A DNA stretch of 64,000 nt, from the NCBI RefSeq assembly GCF_009914755.1, contig NC_060947.1. One strand, written 5' to 3'. The translations under genes and the position numbers were made by a program. Shown piece after piece: positions 1 through 15,530 of this stretch. This stretch comes from the human T2T-CHM13v2.0 reference genome, Homo sapiens. Position 1 is the stretch's first letter. Every line of letters begins with the position of its first letter. The notes under the pieces are model-generated. The model saw only the letters and a program-made list of their open reading frames with translations. It was not told the origin of the DNA and made no database searches.

Positions 1-961
1 AGCTGTAACTTTCCGTTATTGCCGAGGAGCCCAGTTGATGTGGTGATAATGTGTGGAGTGAGAGGAAGCATTCTATACTCTTATGAGGAGGTCTCAATCT
101 TTTAGTGAATTGGTGTCCCTGAGATAGAAACTTCACAAGGACTTCTGAGATTTTTACCCCTCCTCAGTGAGACAAGAAGGCTAGAAAGGGCTGGATTTGG
201 GGAGATCCCTCCCCCTACACTGGGGCTGGGGAGCTGGCTTGGGGTATTACCCATTTTTCCCCAGGTTGCTCAACTCTGGTAAAACAAACTCAGCCTTAGG
301 TCCCAAAGGCTCTGTGATTGAAAGATTAAGGAGCAAAGCTATACAACTGCAAGACACCGGTACAAAAAGCTCCAGGGTATTATGGTATGAAATGCTGCCT
401 GCAGAACTTTATGGATTCAGGGACTAAAGTCAAAGCCTGCTTGGTCTACGGCCTCAGAACTCTGACCCATGGGCACAGTGGTAGAAGTGCAACAAGATTA
501 AAATCGATATGACTCCTGACTCTATGGTTTCTAATTCTATAATGCTAGTACTCTATACTATTAGGCCTTTAAAGTAAAAAAAAAAAAAATTACAAAGACC
601 CAAAACCTTGTGGCCTCAGGAAGACTCAGAGTCTTTCTCACCTAAGGTTTTCTTGCTTTTGGATTCTAGGATCCCAGGGTGCTCTAGCTTGAGGGTCCTA
701 TATGACCCTGGGCTTTCGTGGTTGAGGGTCTCAATGGTTTCACAGTGACCAATGTGTCAATGTTCTTAGGACTCTGTGGCTCCAGGTCCACAGGCTCCTG
801 TTAGGTAAGATACCAGGACCCTAGGGTAGGCCCAAGCCTGTAAGACTCAAGGGTCATGGGATGGTGGAATCTCTTCTCCCAGGGCCCCATTGTTACCACG
901 CTCTCTGCTTTCTGGGTCTTCTGATACTAGGACTAAGAAAGGTTTCCAGGATCCTTGTTAC

Positions 962-1078
962 CTGTTCCATCTTGGTACCAAACATGGAGCTGCTTACGTC
1001 AATAACAAAAACCACATTCTTCTCCATAGGTGGAAGGCCTCTGGGGGCAAAGTAGTGAATGAAATAGTCATCGTAAAT
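962..1078 (-). CDS. ITIH6: ITIH6 (ITIH5L) coding exon 6, start of VWA domain; the gene continues beyond the window's left edge
   Basis: Encodes [39 protein letters not shown] (ITIH VWA DxSxS motif); (T)18-ggtccag acceptor, GTAACA donor; 117 nt, phase 0/0. Confidence 0.95.
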
Positions 1079-4000
1079 CTGGACCAAAAAAAAAAAAAAA
1101 AAAGTAGAACCAAGAAGAACAGTGAAAGCCAATCTAAATCAGGTCCCCTCTTATTTTCCTGCATAACACTGTGCTTTGTTCCCCAGGACTTCTCACTGTT
1201 TCTAAACAGGCATGTGTGTGACTGTTTGCTCACTGTCCATCTCCTTCACTAGAACCGTGTCTCAGCTCTTCAGACCTTCATCCCGGGGCCTGCCCCAGAG
1301 CTGTGGAGGGAATGAGACTGGCTTGTAGCCCAGGACTCCAAGGATCAGGATCTCTGTAATATGTGAGTTCCTGTCTGTGAGAGAGTTGGGCTTGCACAGC
1401 CTTGAAGGTCCCTAGGGATATTTTGCCTGGGCTGCAGGAACTCCAAGTATTGTTTTAACCTCCCTGTATAGAGTGAGCCTGGGGCCCAGCTCTTTGCTGC
1501 CAGGGGCTGGGAGTTGCAGGGCCTCCCTCTCCTCCTAAAACCTCCTTTCTGCTGTTGCTGGGCAGAGCAGGGAGAGGAGGAGGGAACCTAAGCTGAGTGA
1601 GCTGTTTATTCAGAGGGGATTGGTTACACCAGGTACAGATGCCTTGGGCTGTCCTGGATGTGATTGGCTGCTGACTCCCCTCCCCCACTCCATTCCTCCC
1701 TCTGCAGAGCCTCGGGGCTGGGACAGCTGAGGGAAGGGGAGGGGAGGGGGGCTGGGAGGGCCCCTCAGGACCAGTCTCAGCTCAGCTCAGGGATGTCTGT
1801 GCTGGCTGAGGGTCTGTGCTACCCTGAAGCTGAAGCAGGCTCTGCCCAGGGCCACAGGCTTTTGCTCCTCTCTGCCCTTCAGTCACTCTCTGACCATTAG
1901 GCTGTACACTACCTCTTCCCTCTGAAGAGGAAAGAGGAGATGGGAAGACATCTGCTCTTCCCCCTCCACCCCAGCCTTTGAATTAATTCACATGTGCAAT
2001 TGCAGCCTCTGTCTCTGCTAATCCTGGCACTCTGGTACAGTTCAAAAAGGCCTGTGTCACCCACATTACAACTGCCCAAGCCAACAGCAGAACCCAGTGG
2101 CCTCTGCACACCTCCCATACCTGGGCCGGTGAGTGCTTCTGGGAAAATCATGCTTATCTTTCCCCGATCCCATGCCCACCAGGGCCCCCACTTCCTATCA
2201 CATAACTCAAGGGCAGGACCTTGCTCACCAACCTCTCCCAGTCACTTTAGCAGTCATTCCATCCTACCCACCTGACTCAGGAAGAGAATTAAGAGCATGG
2301 AGCCAGGGACACTTTGATTGCCCACCCCACCCTTCTAGAGGGTCCACATCACCATAAACCTCCTCCCTCAGCCTAAGGAAAGGAGGTCCTGCCTTGGACC
2401 CCATGCACTCCAAGTGCCCAGCCCCTCCAGTACTCCTCAGGTCCCCTCTCTCTAACTCCATTTAACATGTACCCCACTGGGTCTTCTTGAAATATAGAAT
2501 TTTATTGTCTTTTCCATGCACTAAGACTAGCTCTTGTCCCCAGTCCACTCCCAAACTTCTCTCTAGCCTCTTTTTTCCCTGAAGCATCACAGGCTGAGAA
2601 AGTGGGCACCCTCAATGGGCTCAAGTGCAGATCACTCCTGGGGACCACCACAGACTGGCTACTGTGCCCACCCCGCATAGACACTTCCCTTGCTAAAGGC
2701 AACTGTGACTAACTTGCCTCCAAACTCAATGGCTGGAAGATGGGTGAAGCAAGATGGTGGAATAAAAGCTCCACTGATCGTCATCCCCCTAGGAAGGACA
2801 CCAATTTAACAACCATCTACACACAAATAAGCACCTTCAAAAGAACCAAAAGCTCAGTACCTGGTTTTAACTTCATATCAATGAAAGAGGCACTGAAGTG
2901 GTAGAAAGAACAGTCTTGAATTGCCAACACCACGCCTACCCCACCCTCCAACTCTGCCCCCAGCAGCTGAGGCACGGTGGGCAAGAGCATTTCTGTGTGT
3001 TGGGGGAGGGAGAGTGCAGCTATTGTGAGGCATTGACCTCAGTGTTGCCCTCTTAGAGGAGTAAAAAAAAAAAACTGAACCAAACTCGGCTGATGCCTGC
3101 ATACGGAGGGAGCATTCAAAACAGCCCTAGCTACACGTGAATTACCCATGTCAGCATGTCAGCTGTTGGCACTTGAGTTCCTGCAAGCCTCACCGCCATG
3201 GACTAAAGTGCTCTAGGGCTCTAAATAAACTTGAAAGACAGCCTAGACACAAGGACTGCAACTCCTAGTAGGGGCCTAGTGCTGAACTGGGCCCAGAGAC
3301 AGTGGACTTAGGGGGCACACAACCTACCGAGATAGCAGCTAGGGCAGCTAAGTGAGTGCTAGCATCACCCCTCCTCTAACCCCAGGCTCCACAGCTTGTG
3401 GCTCCAAAAGAGACCCCTTCATTCTGCTTGAAGACTGGAGAGGGAAGAGTGGAAAAGACGTTGTCTTGCATCTTGTATACCAGCTCAGCTGCAGCAGGAT
3501 AGGGCACCAGTAAGAGTCGCGAGGCCCCCTTTCCAGGCCCTAACTCCCAAACCACATTTCTAGACACACCCTGGGCCAGAAGGAAACCTGCTGCCTTGAA
3601 GGGAAGGACCCAGTTCTTGCTGCATTCTTCACCTGCTAAATGAAGAGCCCTTGGGCCCTGAATAACCAGCAATAATGCCCAGGTACTACATTGAGGGCCT
3701 TGGGTGAGACTCTGAGACTTGCTGGCTTTAGGTGATGCACATTCCAAGCTGCGGTGGCTATTGGGAGAGTGCTTATGTTTTACAAAAGTAGAGGAGAAAG
3801 TAAATTGGACACTGTCTTGAAGCTTAAGTACCAGCTTGGCCACAAGGGTATAGAGCACCAAGCAGGCTCTTGAGGTCCTAGATTCTAGGCATGGGCTCTT
3901 GGATGGCCTAGAATCCAACTTCCGGGCCTGCCCTAGGCCAGAGAAGAGCCTACTGCCCTGAAAGGTGAGGCTAAGGATAGGCAGCGTATACCACAAGCTG

Positions 4001-5060
4001 ACTGAAGAACCTTTGGGCCTTAAGGGAAAATCGGTGGTTGTCTGTCAGTACTCCTTGTGAGCCTGTGGTGGCAATGGCCATGAGGTGAGGCTCTTCTGCC
4101 TTTGAAAAGGGAAAGGCAGAGTGAGAGGAAGTGTATCTTGTGGTTTGACTGCCAGTTTACCAGCAGGACAATAGAACACCAGGTAGAATTCTAAGGAGTT
4201 TGACTCTAGTCTCTGGCTCCTGGATGGCACCTCTGGATCCACCTAGGGCCTGAAGGAACTCACTATCCCAAAGTGAAGGACACAGGCCTGGTTGTTTTTG
4301 ACACTTTCTGATTGTACAGCCCCAGGGTCTTGAGTGAACATAGGCGGAAGCCAGGATGTGGTTACAGCAGGCTTTGGGTGAGACCCAGTACTGTGCTGGC
4401 TTCAAGTCTGACCCAACGCAGTCATAGGTGGTGGCCACAGGAGTGCTTGTGTCAATACACCCCCTGCTTCAGGTGGCTCACAACAGAGAGAGAGAGAGAG
4501 AGACTCTGTTTGGGAGTAAGTAAGGAAAGCGAATTAGTCTGCCTGGTAATGGAAAGAATTCTCCCAGATATTGTCCAAGACCATCAAGACAATACTTCTA
4601 TGAGTCTGCAAGAACCACAGCATTACGAGGCTTGGGGTGACCCCTAAAGCAGATGCAGCTTAGATCACAACATGTATGTACATTTGAATATCTGGAAAGT
4701 CTTTCCAAGAAGGACAGGTACAAGCAAGCTCAGACTGTGAAGACTATAATAAATACTTAACTCTTCAATGTCCAGACACAGAAGAACATCTAAAAGTATC
4801 ATGACAATCCAGGAAAATATATGACATTACCAAATAAACTAAATAAGTCACCAGGGACCAATTCTGAAGAAATAGAGATATGTGACCTTTCAGACACAGA
4901 ATTCAAAATAGCTGTGTTGAGGAAACTCAAAGAAATTTGAGATAACACAGAGAAGGCATTCAGAATTCTATCAGATGAAAGTAACAAAGAGATTGCAATG
5001 AGATTGCAATAATTTAAAAGAATCAAGCAGAAATTCTGGAAAATGCAATTGACATACTGA

Positions 5061-5460
<400 letters not shown>

Positions 5461-7792
5461 TAAGAAGAGACAAAAGTAAAAAGAATAAGAAGCAATGAAG
5501 CATGCCTACATGATCTAGAAAATAGCCACAGATAGGCAAATCTAAGAGTTAGTGGCCCTAATGAGGAGATAGAGAAAGAGATAGGGGTAGAAAGTTTATT
5601 CAGAGGGATAATAACAGAGAACTTTCCAAACTGAGAGAAAGATATCAATATCCAGATACAAGAAGCTACCAGAACACCAAGCAGATTTTACCCAAAAAAG
5701 ACTACTTTGAGGAATTTTATAATCAAACTCCCAAAGGACAAGGATAAAGAAAGGATCCTAAAAGCAGCAAGAGAAGAGAAACAAATAACAGACATCTCCA
5801 ATATTTCTGTCAGCAGACTTTTCAGTGGAAACCTTTAAGGCTGAGAGAGTGTCATGATGTATTTAAAATGCTGAAGGAAAAAACTACTTTTACCCTAGAA
5901 TAGTATATCTGGAGAAAATATCCCTCAAACGTGAAAGAGAAATAAAGAGTTTCCCAGACAAAAAAGAGCTGAGGGATTTCATCATTGCTAGACCTGTCCT
6001 ACAAGAAATGCTAAAGGGAGTACTTGAATCAGACAGTAAAGGATGTTACTGAGCAATAAATAATCATCTGAAGGTACAAAACTTACTGGCAATAGTAAGT
6101 ACACAGAAAAACACAAAATATTATAACACTGTAACAGTGGTGTATAAACCACTCTCATGCTTAAGTAGAAATACTGAATGATGACCTAATCAAAAGTACT
6201 AACTAAACAACTTTTCAAGACATAGTACAAGAAGTTACAAATAGAAACAACAAAGAAATAAAAAGCAAGAGGATGAAGTTAAGGCATAGAGTTTTTATTA
6301 GTTTTCTTTTTGTTTGTTTGTTAGTGCAAACAGTGTTAAGTTGTTATCAGCTTAAAATAATGATTAATAAGATAGTATTTACAGGCCTCATGGTAACCTC
6401 AAAACAAAAAACATACAACAGATACACAGAAAATAAAAAAGTAAGAAACTAAATCATATTACCAAAGAAAATAATCTTGCTAAAAGGAAGACAGGAAGGA
6501 AAAAAAAGGATGAGCAGACCACAAAAAGTAGGAAAACCAATAACAAAATGGCAGGAGTAAGTCCTTACTTGTCAATAATCACATCGAATGTAAATGGGCT
6601 TAACTCTCCAATCAAAAGACATAGAGTGACTGAATGGATTAAAAAAAATAAGACCCACTGATCTGTTGCCTATAAGAAAAACATTTCATCTATAAGACAC
6701 ACATAGACTACAAATAAAGAGATGGAAGATGATATTCCATGCCAGTGGAAACAAACAAAAAAGATGAGGAGGAGCCATACAGAGAAAAAATCTATAAGAA
6801 GAGACAAAGAAGGTAGCAATATAATGATAAAGGGGTCGATTTAGCAAGAGGATGTAACAATTGTGAAAATATATGTACCCAACACTGGAGAACCAAGATA
6901 TATAAGGTAAATATTATTAGAGCTAAAGGGAGAGATAGACTCCAACATGATAATCGCTAGAGTCCTCAAGACCCCACATTTGGCACTGGACATCTTCCAG
7001 GCAGAAAATCAACAAGGAAACATCAGACTTAATCTGCACTATAGATCAGAAACCTAATAGATATTTATAGAACATTTCATCCAATGGCTGCAGAATATGC
7101 ATTCTTTTCTTCAGCACATGGTTCATTCTCAAAGACAGACGATATATCAGGTCACAAAGCAAGACTCAAAATTCAAAACAATTGAAATACCATCAAGCAT
7201 CTTCTCTGACCACAATGGAATAACACTAAAAATCAATAACAAAAGGAACTTTGGAAGATATAGAAATACATGGAAATTAAACAACATGCTCCTGAATGAA
7301 CAGTGGGTCAATGAAGAAATTCAGAAAGAAATTAAAAAATTTCTCAAAACAGATGACAATGTAAAGACAACATGCCAAAACCTATGAGATACAGCAAAAG
7401 CAGTTCTCAGAGGGAACTTTATAGCTGTAAGTGCCTACATCAAATAAGAAGAAAAATGTAAACAACATAATGATGCATCTTAAGGAACTAGAAAAGCAAG
7501 AGCAAACCAAACCCTAAATTAGTAGAAGGAAACAACTAATAAAGATTAGAGCACAAATAAAGAAATTGAAGTGACGAAAACAATAAAAAGATCAAGGAAA
7601 CAAAAAGAGTTTTTTTTTTAAGTTTAACAAAATTGACAAACCTTTACCCCGACTAGTTAAAAAAAGAGAAGATCCAAATAAATAAAATCAGATGAGAAAG
7701 TAGACATTACAAAATGATACTGCAGAAATTCAAAGGATCATTAATGCCTACTATGAGCAATTATATGCCAATAAGTTAGAAAATCTAGAAGA

Positions 7793-9460
7793 GGCTAGAG
7801 AACCCAGAAATAAGGCCACACACCTGCAACTATCTGATTTTCAACAAACCTGACAAAAACAAGCAATGAGGAAAGAGTTTCCTATTCAGTAAATGGTGGT
7901 GGGATAACAGGCAAGCCATTTGCAGAAAAATGAAACTGGACCCCTTCCTCATACCATATACAAAAATTAACTCAAGATGGTTTAAAAACTTAAACGTAAA
8001 ACCCAAAACTATAAAAACCCTGGAAGACAATCTAGGCAATAGCATTCTGGACATAGGAAAGGGCAAAGATTTCATGATGAAGACGCCAAAAGCAGTTGCA
8101 ACAAAAGCAAAAAGAGACAAGTGGGATCCAATTAAACTAAACAGCTTCTACATAGCAAAGAAAACCATCAACAGAGTGAACAGACATAAGAAAATGTTTG
8201 CAAACTATGCATCTGGCAAAGGTCTAATATGCAGCATCTATAAGGAACTTAAACAAATTTACAAGAAAAAAAACAAGCAGCCACATTAAAAAGTAAGGAA
8301 AGGCATGAACAGACACTTCTCAAAAGAAGACATACATGCGGCTAACAACCATATGAAAAAAAGCTCAACATCGTTGATCATTAGAGAAACACAAATCAAA
8401 ACCACAATGAGACACCATCTCACAACCAGTCAGAATGGCTACTGTTAAAAAGTCCAAAAACAACAGATGAAGGCAAGATTGCAGAGAAAAGGGAATGCTT
8501 AAACACTGTTGGTGAGAGCATAAGTTGGTTCAACCACTATGGAAGACAGTGTTGCAATTCCTCAAAAACCTAAAATCAGAAATAGCATTTGACCCAGCAA
8601 TCCCATTACTGGGTATATAATCAAAGGATTGTAAGTTTTTCTATTATAAAGACACATGCACATGTATGTCCATTGCAGCACTATATACAATAGCAAAGAC
8701 TTGGAATCAACCTAAATGTCCATCAGTGATAGACTGGATAAGAAAATATGGTACATATACACCATGAAATAGTATGCAACCATTCAAAACAATGAGATTA
8801 TGTTTTTAACAGGAACAGAGAAGAAGCTGGAGGCCATTATCCTTAGCAAACTAACACACGAACAGAAAACCAAATACTGCATGTCCTCAATTATGAGTGG
8901 GAGCTAAATAATGAGAATACATGGACACATAGAGGGGAATAACACACACTGGGGCCTGTCAGAGCACCCTCTGGAGGGTGGTAGGAGAGTGAGAATCAGG
9001 AAAAATAACTAATGGGGTTGGACACAGTGGCTCATGCCTGTAATCTCAGCACTTTCAGAAACTGAGGCAGGCAGATCACCTGAGGTAAGGAGTTCGAGAT
9101 CAGCCTGACCAACATGGAGAAACCCCATCTCTACTAAAAATACAAAATTAGCAGGGCGTGGTGGTGCATGCCTGTAATCCCAGCTACTCAAGAGGCTGAG
9201 GCAGGAGAATCGCTTGAACGCAGGAGACCGAGGTTGTGGTGAGCCGAGATTGTGCCATTGCACTCCAGCCTGGGCAACAAGAGCGAAACTCTGTCTCAAA
9301 ATAATAATAATAATAATTAAATAAAAATAACTAATGGGTACTAGGCTTAATACTGGGGTGACAACATGGGGTGTCTGTAAAACAAACCCCCATGACCCAC
9401 ATTTACCTATATAACAAACCTTTATGTGTACCCTTGAACTTAAAAGTTAAATTAACAAAA
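7793..9460 (+). mobile_element. 5'-truncated L1PA13-16-like element nested in the older L1 ORF2
   Basis: Perfect 15-bp TSD AGAAAATCTAGAAGA at 7778-7792 and 9461-9475; ORF2 C-terminus ([17 protein letters not shown]) and L1PA-type 3'UTR. Confidence 0.85.
9017..9322 (+). mobile_element. AluSp-like element, left arm only
   Basis: Diagnostic TGACCAACATGGAGAAA and CAACAAGAGCGAAACTC; TSD AAAAATAACTAATGGG at 9001-9016 and 9323-9338. Confidence 0.9.
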
Positions 9461-12400
9461 AGAAAATCTAGAAGAAATGGACAAATTCCTAGACACATAC
9501 AACCTAACCATCACTGCAGCATGAAGAAATTCAAACATGAACAGAACAATAACATGCAACAAGAACAAAGCCATGATAAAAAAATCTCCCAGTAAAGAAA
9601 GGCCCAGGACCTGATGACTTCACCACTGAATTCTACCAAACAGTTAAAGAATAACTAATACAAATCCTACTCAAATTATTACAAAAAATAGAGGATGATG
9701 GAATACTTCCAAACTCATTCTACATGGTCAGTATTGCCCTGATACCAAAACCAGACAAAGACACATCAAAAAATGAAAACTATAGGCCAACGACTCTGAT
9801 GAATATGGATGTGCATGTCCTCAACAAAATACTAACAAACTTAACTCAATAACACACTCAAAAGATCATTATGACCAAGTGGGATTTATCCCTGGGATGC
9901 AAGGATGGGTCAATATATGCAAAGCAATCAATGTGATACATTATATCAACTGAATGAAGGACAGAAACCATATGATCATTTCAATTGATGCTGAAAAAGC
10001 ATTTAATAAAACTCAACATTTCTTCATGACAAAAACCTTCAAAACACTGGGGATAGAAGGAACATACCTCAATATAATAAAAGCCATATATGACAGACCC
10101 ACAGCTAGTATCATACTGAATGGGGAAAAACTGAAAGCCTTTCCCCTAAGGACTGGAGCACGACACGGATGCTCACTTTCACCACTGTTATTCCACAAAG
10201 TACTGGAAGGCCTACCTAGAGCAATCAGACAAGAGAAAGAAATAAAGGGCATCTGAATTGGAAAGGAATAAGTCAAATTATCCTTGTTTGCAGATGATAT
10301 GATCTTATACTTGGAAAACCCTAAAGATCCCACAAAATATATTAGAACTGATAAACAAATGCAGGAAAGTTGCAGGATACAAAATCAACAAAATAAAATC
10401 AGTAGCATTTCTATATGCCAACAGTGAACAATCTGAAAAAGAAAATTAAAAAGAAACCCTATTTATAATAGCCACAAACAAAATTAAACACTAGGAATTA
10501 ACTTAACCAAAGAAGTGAAACATCTCTATAATGAAAAGTATAAAACACTGTTAAAGGAAATCAAAGAGGACACTAAAAAATGGAAAGATATTCCATGTTC
10601 ATGGATTGGAAGACTCAATATTGTTAAAGTGTCCATACTACCCAAAGCAATCTACAGATTCAAAGCAATCCCTATCAAAATCGCAATGACATTCTTCACA
10701 GACATTGAAAAAACAATCCTAAAATCTAAATGGAACCAGAAAAGACCCAGAATAACCAAAGCTATCCTAAACCAGAAGAACAAAACTGGAGGAATCACAT
10801 TATCTGACTTCAAATTATACGGCAGAGCTATAGCAACAAAAACAGATTGGTACTGGGATAGAAACAGACACATAGACCGATGGAAAGGAATAGAGAACCC
10901 AGAAACAAATACACTAATCTATAGTGAAATGATTTTCAACACAGGTGCCAAGAACATACATTGGGGAAAGAACAGTCGCCTCAATAAATGGTGCTGGGAA
11001 AACTGGATATCCATATGCAGAATAATGAAACTAGACCTCTCTCTCACCATATACAAAAATCAAATCAAAATTGATTAAAGACTTCAATCTCAGACCTCAA
11101 ACTATGATACTATTAATACTACAAGAAAACCTTGGGAAAATCGCCAGGGCATTGGTTTGGGCAAAAATTTCTTGAATAATGCCCAATAAGCACAAGCAAC
11201 CGTAGTAAAAGTGGACAAATGGGATCACATCAAGTTAAAAAGCTTCTACACTGCAAGGGAAATGATAAACAAAGTGAAGAGACAACCCACAGAATGGGAC
11301 AAAATATTTGCAAACTACCCATTTCACAAGGGATTAATAACCAGAATATATAAGGAGCTCAAACAACTCCATAGGAAAAAAATCTAAAAATCCAATCAAA
11401 AAAGGGCAAAAGATTTGAATAGATATTTCTCAAAAGAAGACATACAAATGGCAAACAGACATATGAAAAGGTGCTCAACATCACTGATCATCAGAGAAGT
11501 GAAAGTCAAAAACTACAATGAGATATCATCTCACCTCAGCTAAAATGGCTTCTATCCCAGAGACAGGCAATAAGAAATGCCGGCGAGGATGTGGAGAAAA
11601 GGGACCCCCATACACAGTTGGTGGGAATGTAAATTAGTAGAACCATATGGAGAACAGTTTGGAGGCTCCTCAATAAACTAAAAATTAGGGCTTCATCATA
11701 CAATCCGGCCATTCCACTTCTGGGTATATACCCCAAATAAAGAAAATCAGTGTATCCAAGAGATGTCTGTACCCTTCTTTTTCTTACAGTGCTGTTCACA
11801 ATAGCCAAGACTTGGAGACAACCTAAGTGTTCATCAACAGACGAATGTATAAAGAAAACGTGGTGCATATACACAATGGAGTACTATTCAGCCACAAAAA
11901 AGAATGAGGTCCTGTCGTTTGCAACAACATGAATGGAACTGGAGATCATTATGTGACTTGAAATAAGCCAGGCACAGAAAGACAAATCTCGCATTTTTTA
12001 GATCACTCATCAGTGGGATCTAAAAAATGAAAGCCGTTGAACTCATGGAGATAGAGAGTAGAAGAGTGGTTACCAGAGGCTGCGGGGAGTGGGGTAGCGG
12101 GGAGATGGGGGGTGGGGAAGGCAGGGATGGTTAATGGGTACAAAGAAAAGTGAGAAATAATGGATAAGACTTAGTATTTGATAGCAAGACAGGGTGACTA
12201 TAGTCAATAATACTTTAATTGTACATTTAAAAATAAGTAAAAGAGTATTAAGTGGATTGTTTGTAACACAGGGATACATGCTTGAGGGAATCGGTACCGT
12301 GTGATGTGATTATTACAGATTGCATGCCTGTACCAAAACATCTCACTTAACCCATAAATATATACACCTACTGTGTACCCTCAAAAATTAAAAGTAACAA

Positions 12401-15360
12401 CTTTACTAAAAAACAAACCCAATGTCTGTATTTTGAGTCTCTTGGGACTGCCTTCCCGGCCCATGAATGTCACAGTTGAACATGGATGACTTCTGCTGTC
12501 TTCAAAAGTCGTTTCCCCTGCGATCTGCGACAGTGAACTCTCCTTATTCTCCTACCGCCTCTGTCTGCCCACTCCCTTCGCAGTGCTTCCCATTATTTGT
12601 CAGGTCAAAGCATGAAAAGAAAATGATTATGCTGGTGCAGCTCAGTGGAGTGAACTGCTGGGGACTGGGGCTCTGGGCAGCTGTGTGCAGTTGATGGGGC
12701 AGCTGAGGGTATCCATAGCTGCTGGATTGGGCTGCTTCACCTTAGCTTTGCCTTCAGGGATTTTCCCTTCTGGCTCCACACATGCTCCCTGGGTGACCTC
12801 CCTTTGTCACTTGGCTTCCACCACAGAACCCCTATCAATCACTCTGCATCTCTTCTCCCGTCTAGGGCTCCCACAGTTGCCCCTCACCAGTGGGTGCACA
12901 CTCACTGTTGGACATGTGCCCCAGGATGTTTCAAGAAGCCTCTGATGCATCCTGCCCAAGCAGTGAATTCGTTGTACTGCCCCCACGTGGCCCTTTTATG
13001 CCTTCCTGGTCAGGGGCACCATCATCCACATGGTCACTCTGGAGACAAATCTGAGTGTTGCCTTCAATCCTCGGGTGGCCCCCATTCCCCACAGCCAATC
13101 AGCCTCCTGTTGCTTTTCTCTGCTGGATACTTCTCCAGGCCACCCTCCTCTTCATCCCTAACTGACAAAGCCCAAGCTCAGGCCTCATTCGTCTCAGGTT
13201 TCCTTCTTCTACTGCGACCTCTCCCATCCATGCTGCTTGGAGGCAGTGGCTGGGACCCTGTAAACACGACCTCACAATGTCATTTTATCTCATGGCTCCC
13301 TGGTCACCTACAGGACAAATCCCATGTTCCTTTCGTTGCCCTGCAGGACTCTCCAGCCTTCTATGTGGCTCTTTGGGTTTTTCATCTCAAATCTCTGCTC
13401 CAGAACGCCAAGCTATTTGCAATTCCATACACACGTTTGGTGAGTTTTAGCCTGTTTCTTTTCTCGTGCGGCCCCCACTTTGCCGGAATGCCTTTCCCTC
13501 CCACAGGCCCCCTCCCATGGCCCACTTTTATTCATTCCGTAACACACAGGTCAGCCTTGGTTGCCTTCAGGGAGCCTTCTGGAACTGGCTTTCCTCTTCA
13601 TTATGGCTTCCATCTTACCTTGTGTGTCATGGAAAGGGCACTTCTACCTTAGTGTCAGTATTGGGTTTCTGCATCTCACTCAGAGACGATAAGTAGGCTG
13701 TGTGTGTGATACCCTTCCGGGTTCCCAACGTTGGCCAACTCAAGGTATGACACAGATTAGGTGCCCAGTGAGCCCCAGCGGGGTGGATGATCTGATGATG
13801 TGCTGGGCTTTGAACGAAGGGCACACTCAAGTAGGAAGTGGGGGATGAACTGAGTGTTCCTGGCGGGGTGTCAGGAGGGGTAAGGGCTCACGGTGCATGG
13901 GAGTTCCTGGTTGTACTAGTCAATGCCTTCCATCTGTATTTCAACTGCAGGCAGCTGTGTTAATGGTAAAGAATAAACCTGCAGAGGCATACCTCCATGA
14001 GCTAAACACACCCACATGACAGAACACCAGGTTAAAGCCCCTGCTGCCACCTGCTGGCAAGGTACCCTTGGCTCCTATCCTGGCAGGAGAATAACTTTTA
14101 TTCCTCCTGCACAACAGACTGAGCCACACCTCTGTGCCTCTGCACATGCTGTTCCTTCTCTCTGCATGTCTTTCCCTTCACCTGACTGACTGACTTGCAG
14201 ATATATCCAATTCATTTTTCCCATGCTTACTTAAATTCCAACTCCTTTAGGATGACGGCCCTGAAACCCTCCTCCACTGGCACCTCTGCAGAATCCATGA
14301 CACACTCAAACACAGCACCTAGAACATTTGATGACCGACAAGGCTCTGTGTATCTGGGTGCTTCAGGATGGGGTGATGGCAGAGGGAGATGAGTGGCTGT
14401 GTCCGACTCACTTCTGAGTTGTCAGAGTCAATGAGTACAGGACTGGCCTAGTTCACATATTCATTCAACATATGAATGAATGAATGTTGCATGAGAAAAC
14501 GTTCAACCATAGGTCATTTTTAGTCCAGGGCAGACAAACGAATTGTTGGTGGACTGGAGTCATCAAGGAGGAGGTGTTTCGGCAGTGTTTCAGGAACACG
14601 AGGATGCTGAGCAGTGGAGCAAGGAGGAAGAAGTCATTCTCAGGGCAGCGGCCACTATGAACAAATCCTCACACAGAGGAGAGGCAGGCTTGGGTGTTTT
14701 GGAGAAAGGTGTGATATGGTGTGGGGCAGCTGGAGGGTGGTTTGTGTGCTGGGGTTGAGAGTCCTGTGGTGGGAGAGGCAGAGTGGAACCAGATGTCTCA
14801 GGCTACCCCGCCATCCTTGTGCTCAAGCCAGGGCCCTGGGATCGGTGCTCTGTGCTTTCCCATCTGGGAGAGTGTGGGACCTCTGCTCTTTCTTCATGAA
14901 TGTGGAAACTCAGAACTGAAGGACTCTCTGTTTAGGCAGATGGCTCCACTGAAGCAATAAGGATTGTTAAAAGCCGAGAGAGAGCAAGGAAGCCCAAGAG
15001 AACACAGGAGAGTATAGGAGCTGCAGAACGCGTGAGAATCCATAAGCTTAGGTGCCCAATTAGTGGCCAAGGGTTTACTTTGCAGAAGGACTGTTTTCGA
15101 GTAGGCTATGACTTGATTCAGTTAGGGATGGGTCCTTTGGGCACTTGATTCACTGGAGACAGTTCCAGGTCTCCAACCCTTTGGGGGATTTGATGTGCCT
15201 CCCAAAGTTGAAGCCGTGTGTCTTTTCACGTCAGCCTATCCTTGTTCCCTAGCCCTTGCTTATCTCTAGGGAAACTGGTGTGAACAGCTGGAGAGGCCTA
15301 ATGCTCAGGCCTGTCTGACTCCAGAGCCCATCCTCTCTCCTCTTCCCCAGGCCCCCTCAC

Positions 15361-15530
15361 CTGCACGTCTCCAATGATGTCCTCCATGACCACATCGTAC
15401 TGAACCAGGAAGTCAGCCATGATGCCTGACCCAGAGATGGACGACTGGTCTTGCAATGTCGGGCAGTAGGTGATTCGGACACAGGTCTCTCCCCTCTCGA
15501 TCCTGGTGGATGGGGGTGAATCCACCTCAC
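15361..15530 (-). CDS. ITIH6: ITIH6 coding exon 5
   Basis: (S)EVDSPPSTRIERGETCVRITYCPTLQDQSSISGSGIMADFLVQYDVVMEDIIGDVQ; cag acceptor, GTGAGG donor; 170 nt, phases consistent with exons 4 and 6. Confidence 0.95.

Noticed and set aside
12804-13652. 282-aa ORF in ITIH6 intron 5
   Set aside because: No recognisable domain, non-ATG start, and the frame is broken in the paralogous arm (about 53540-54400).
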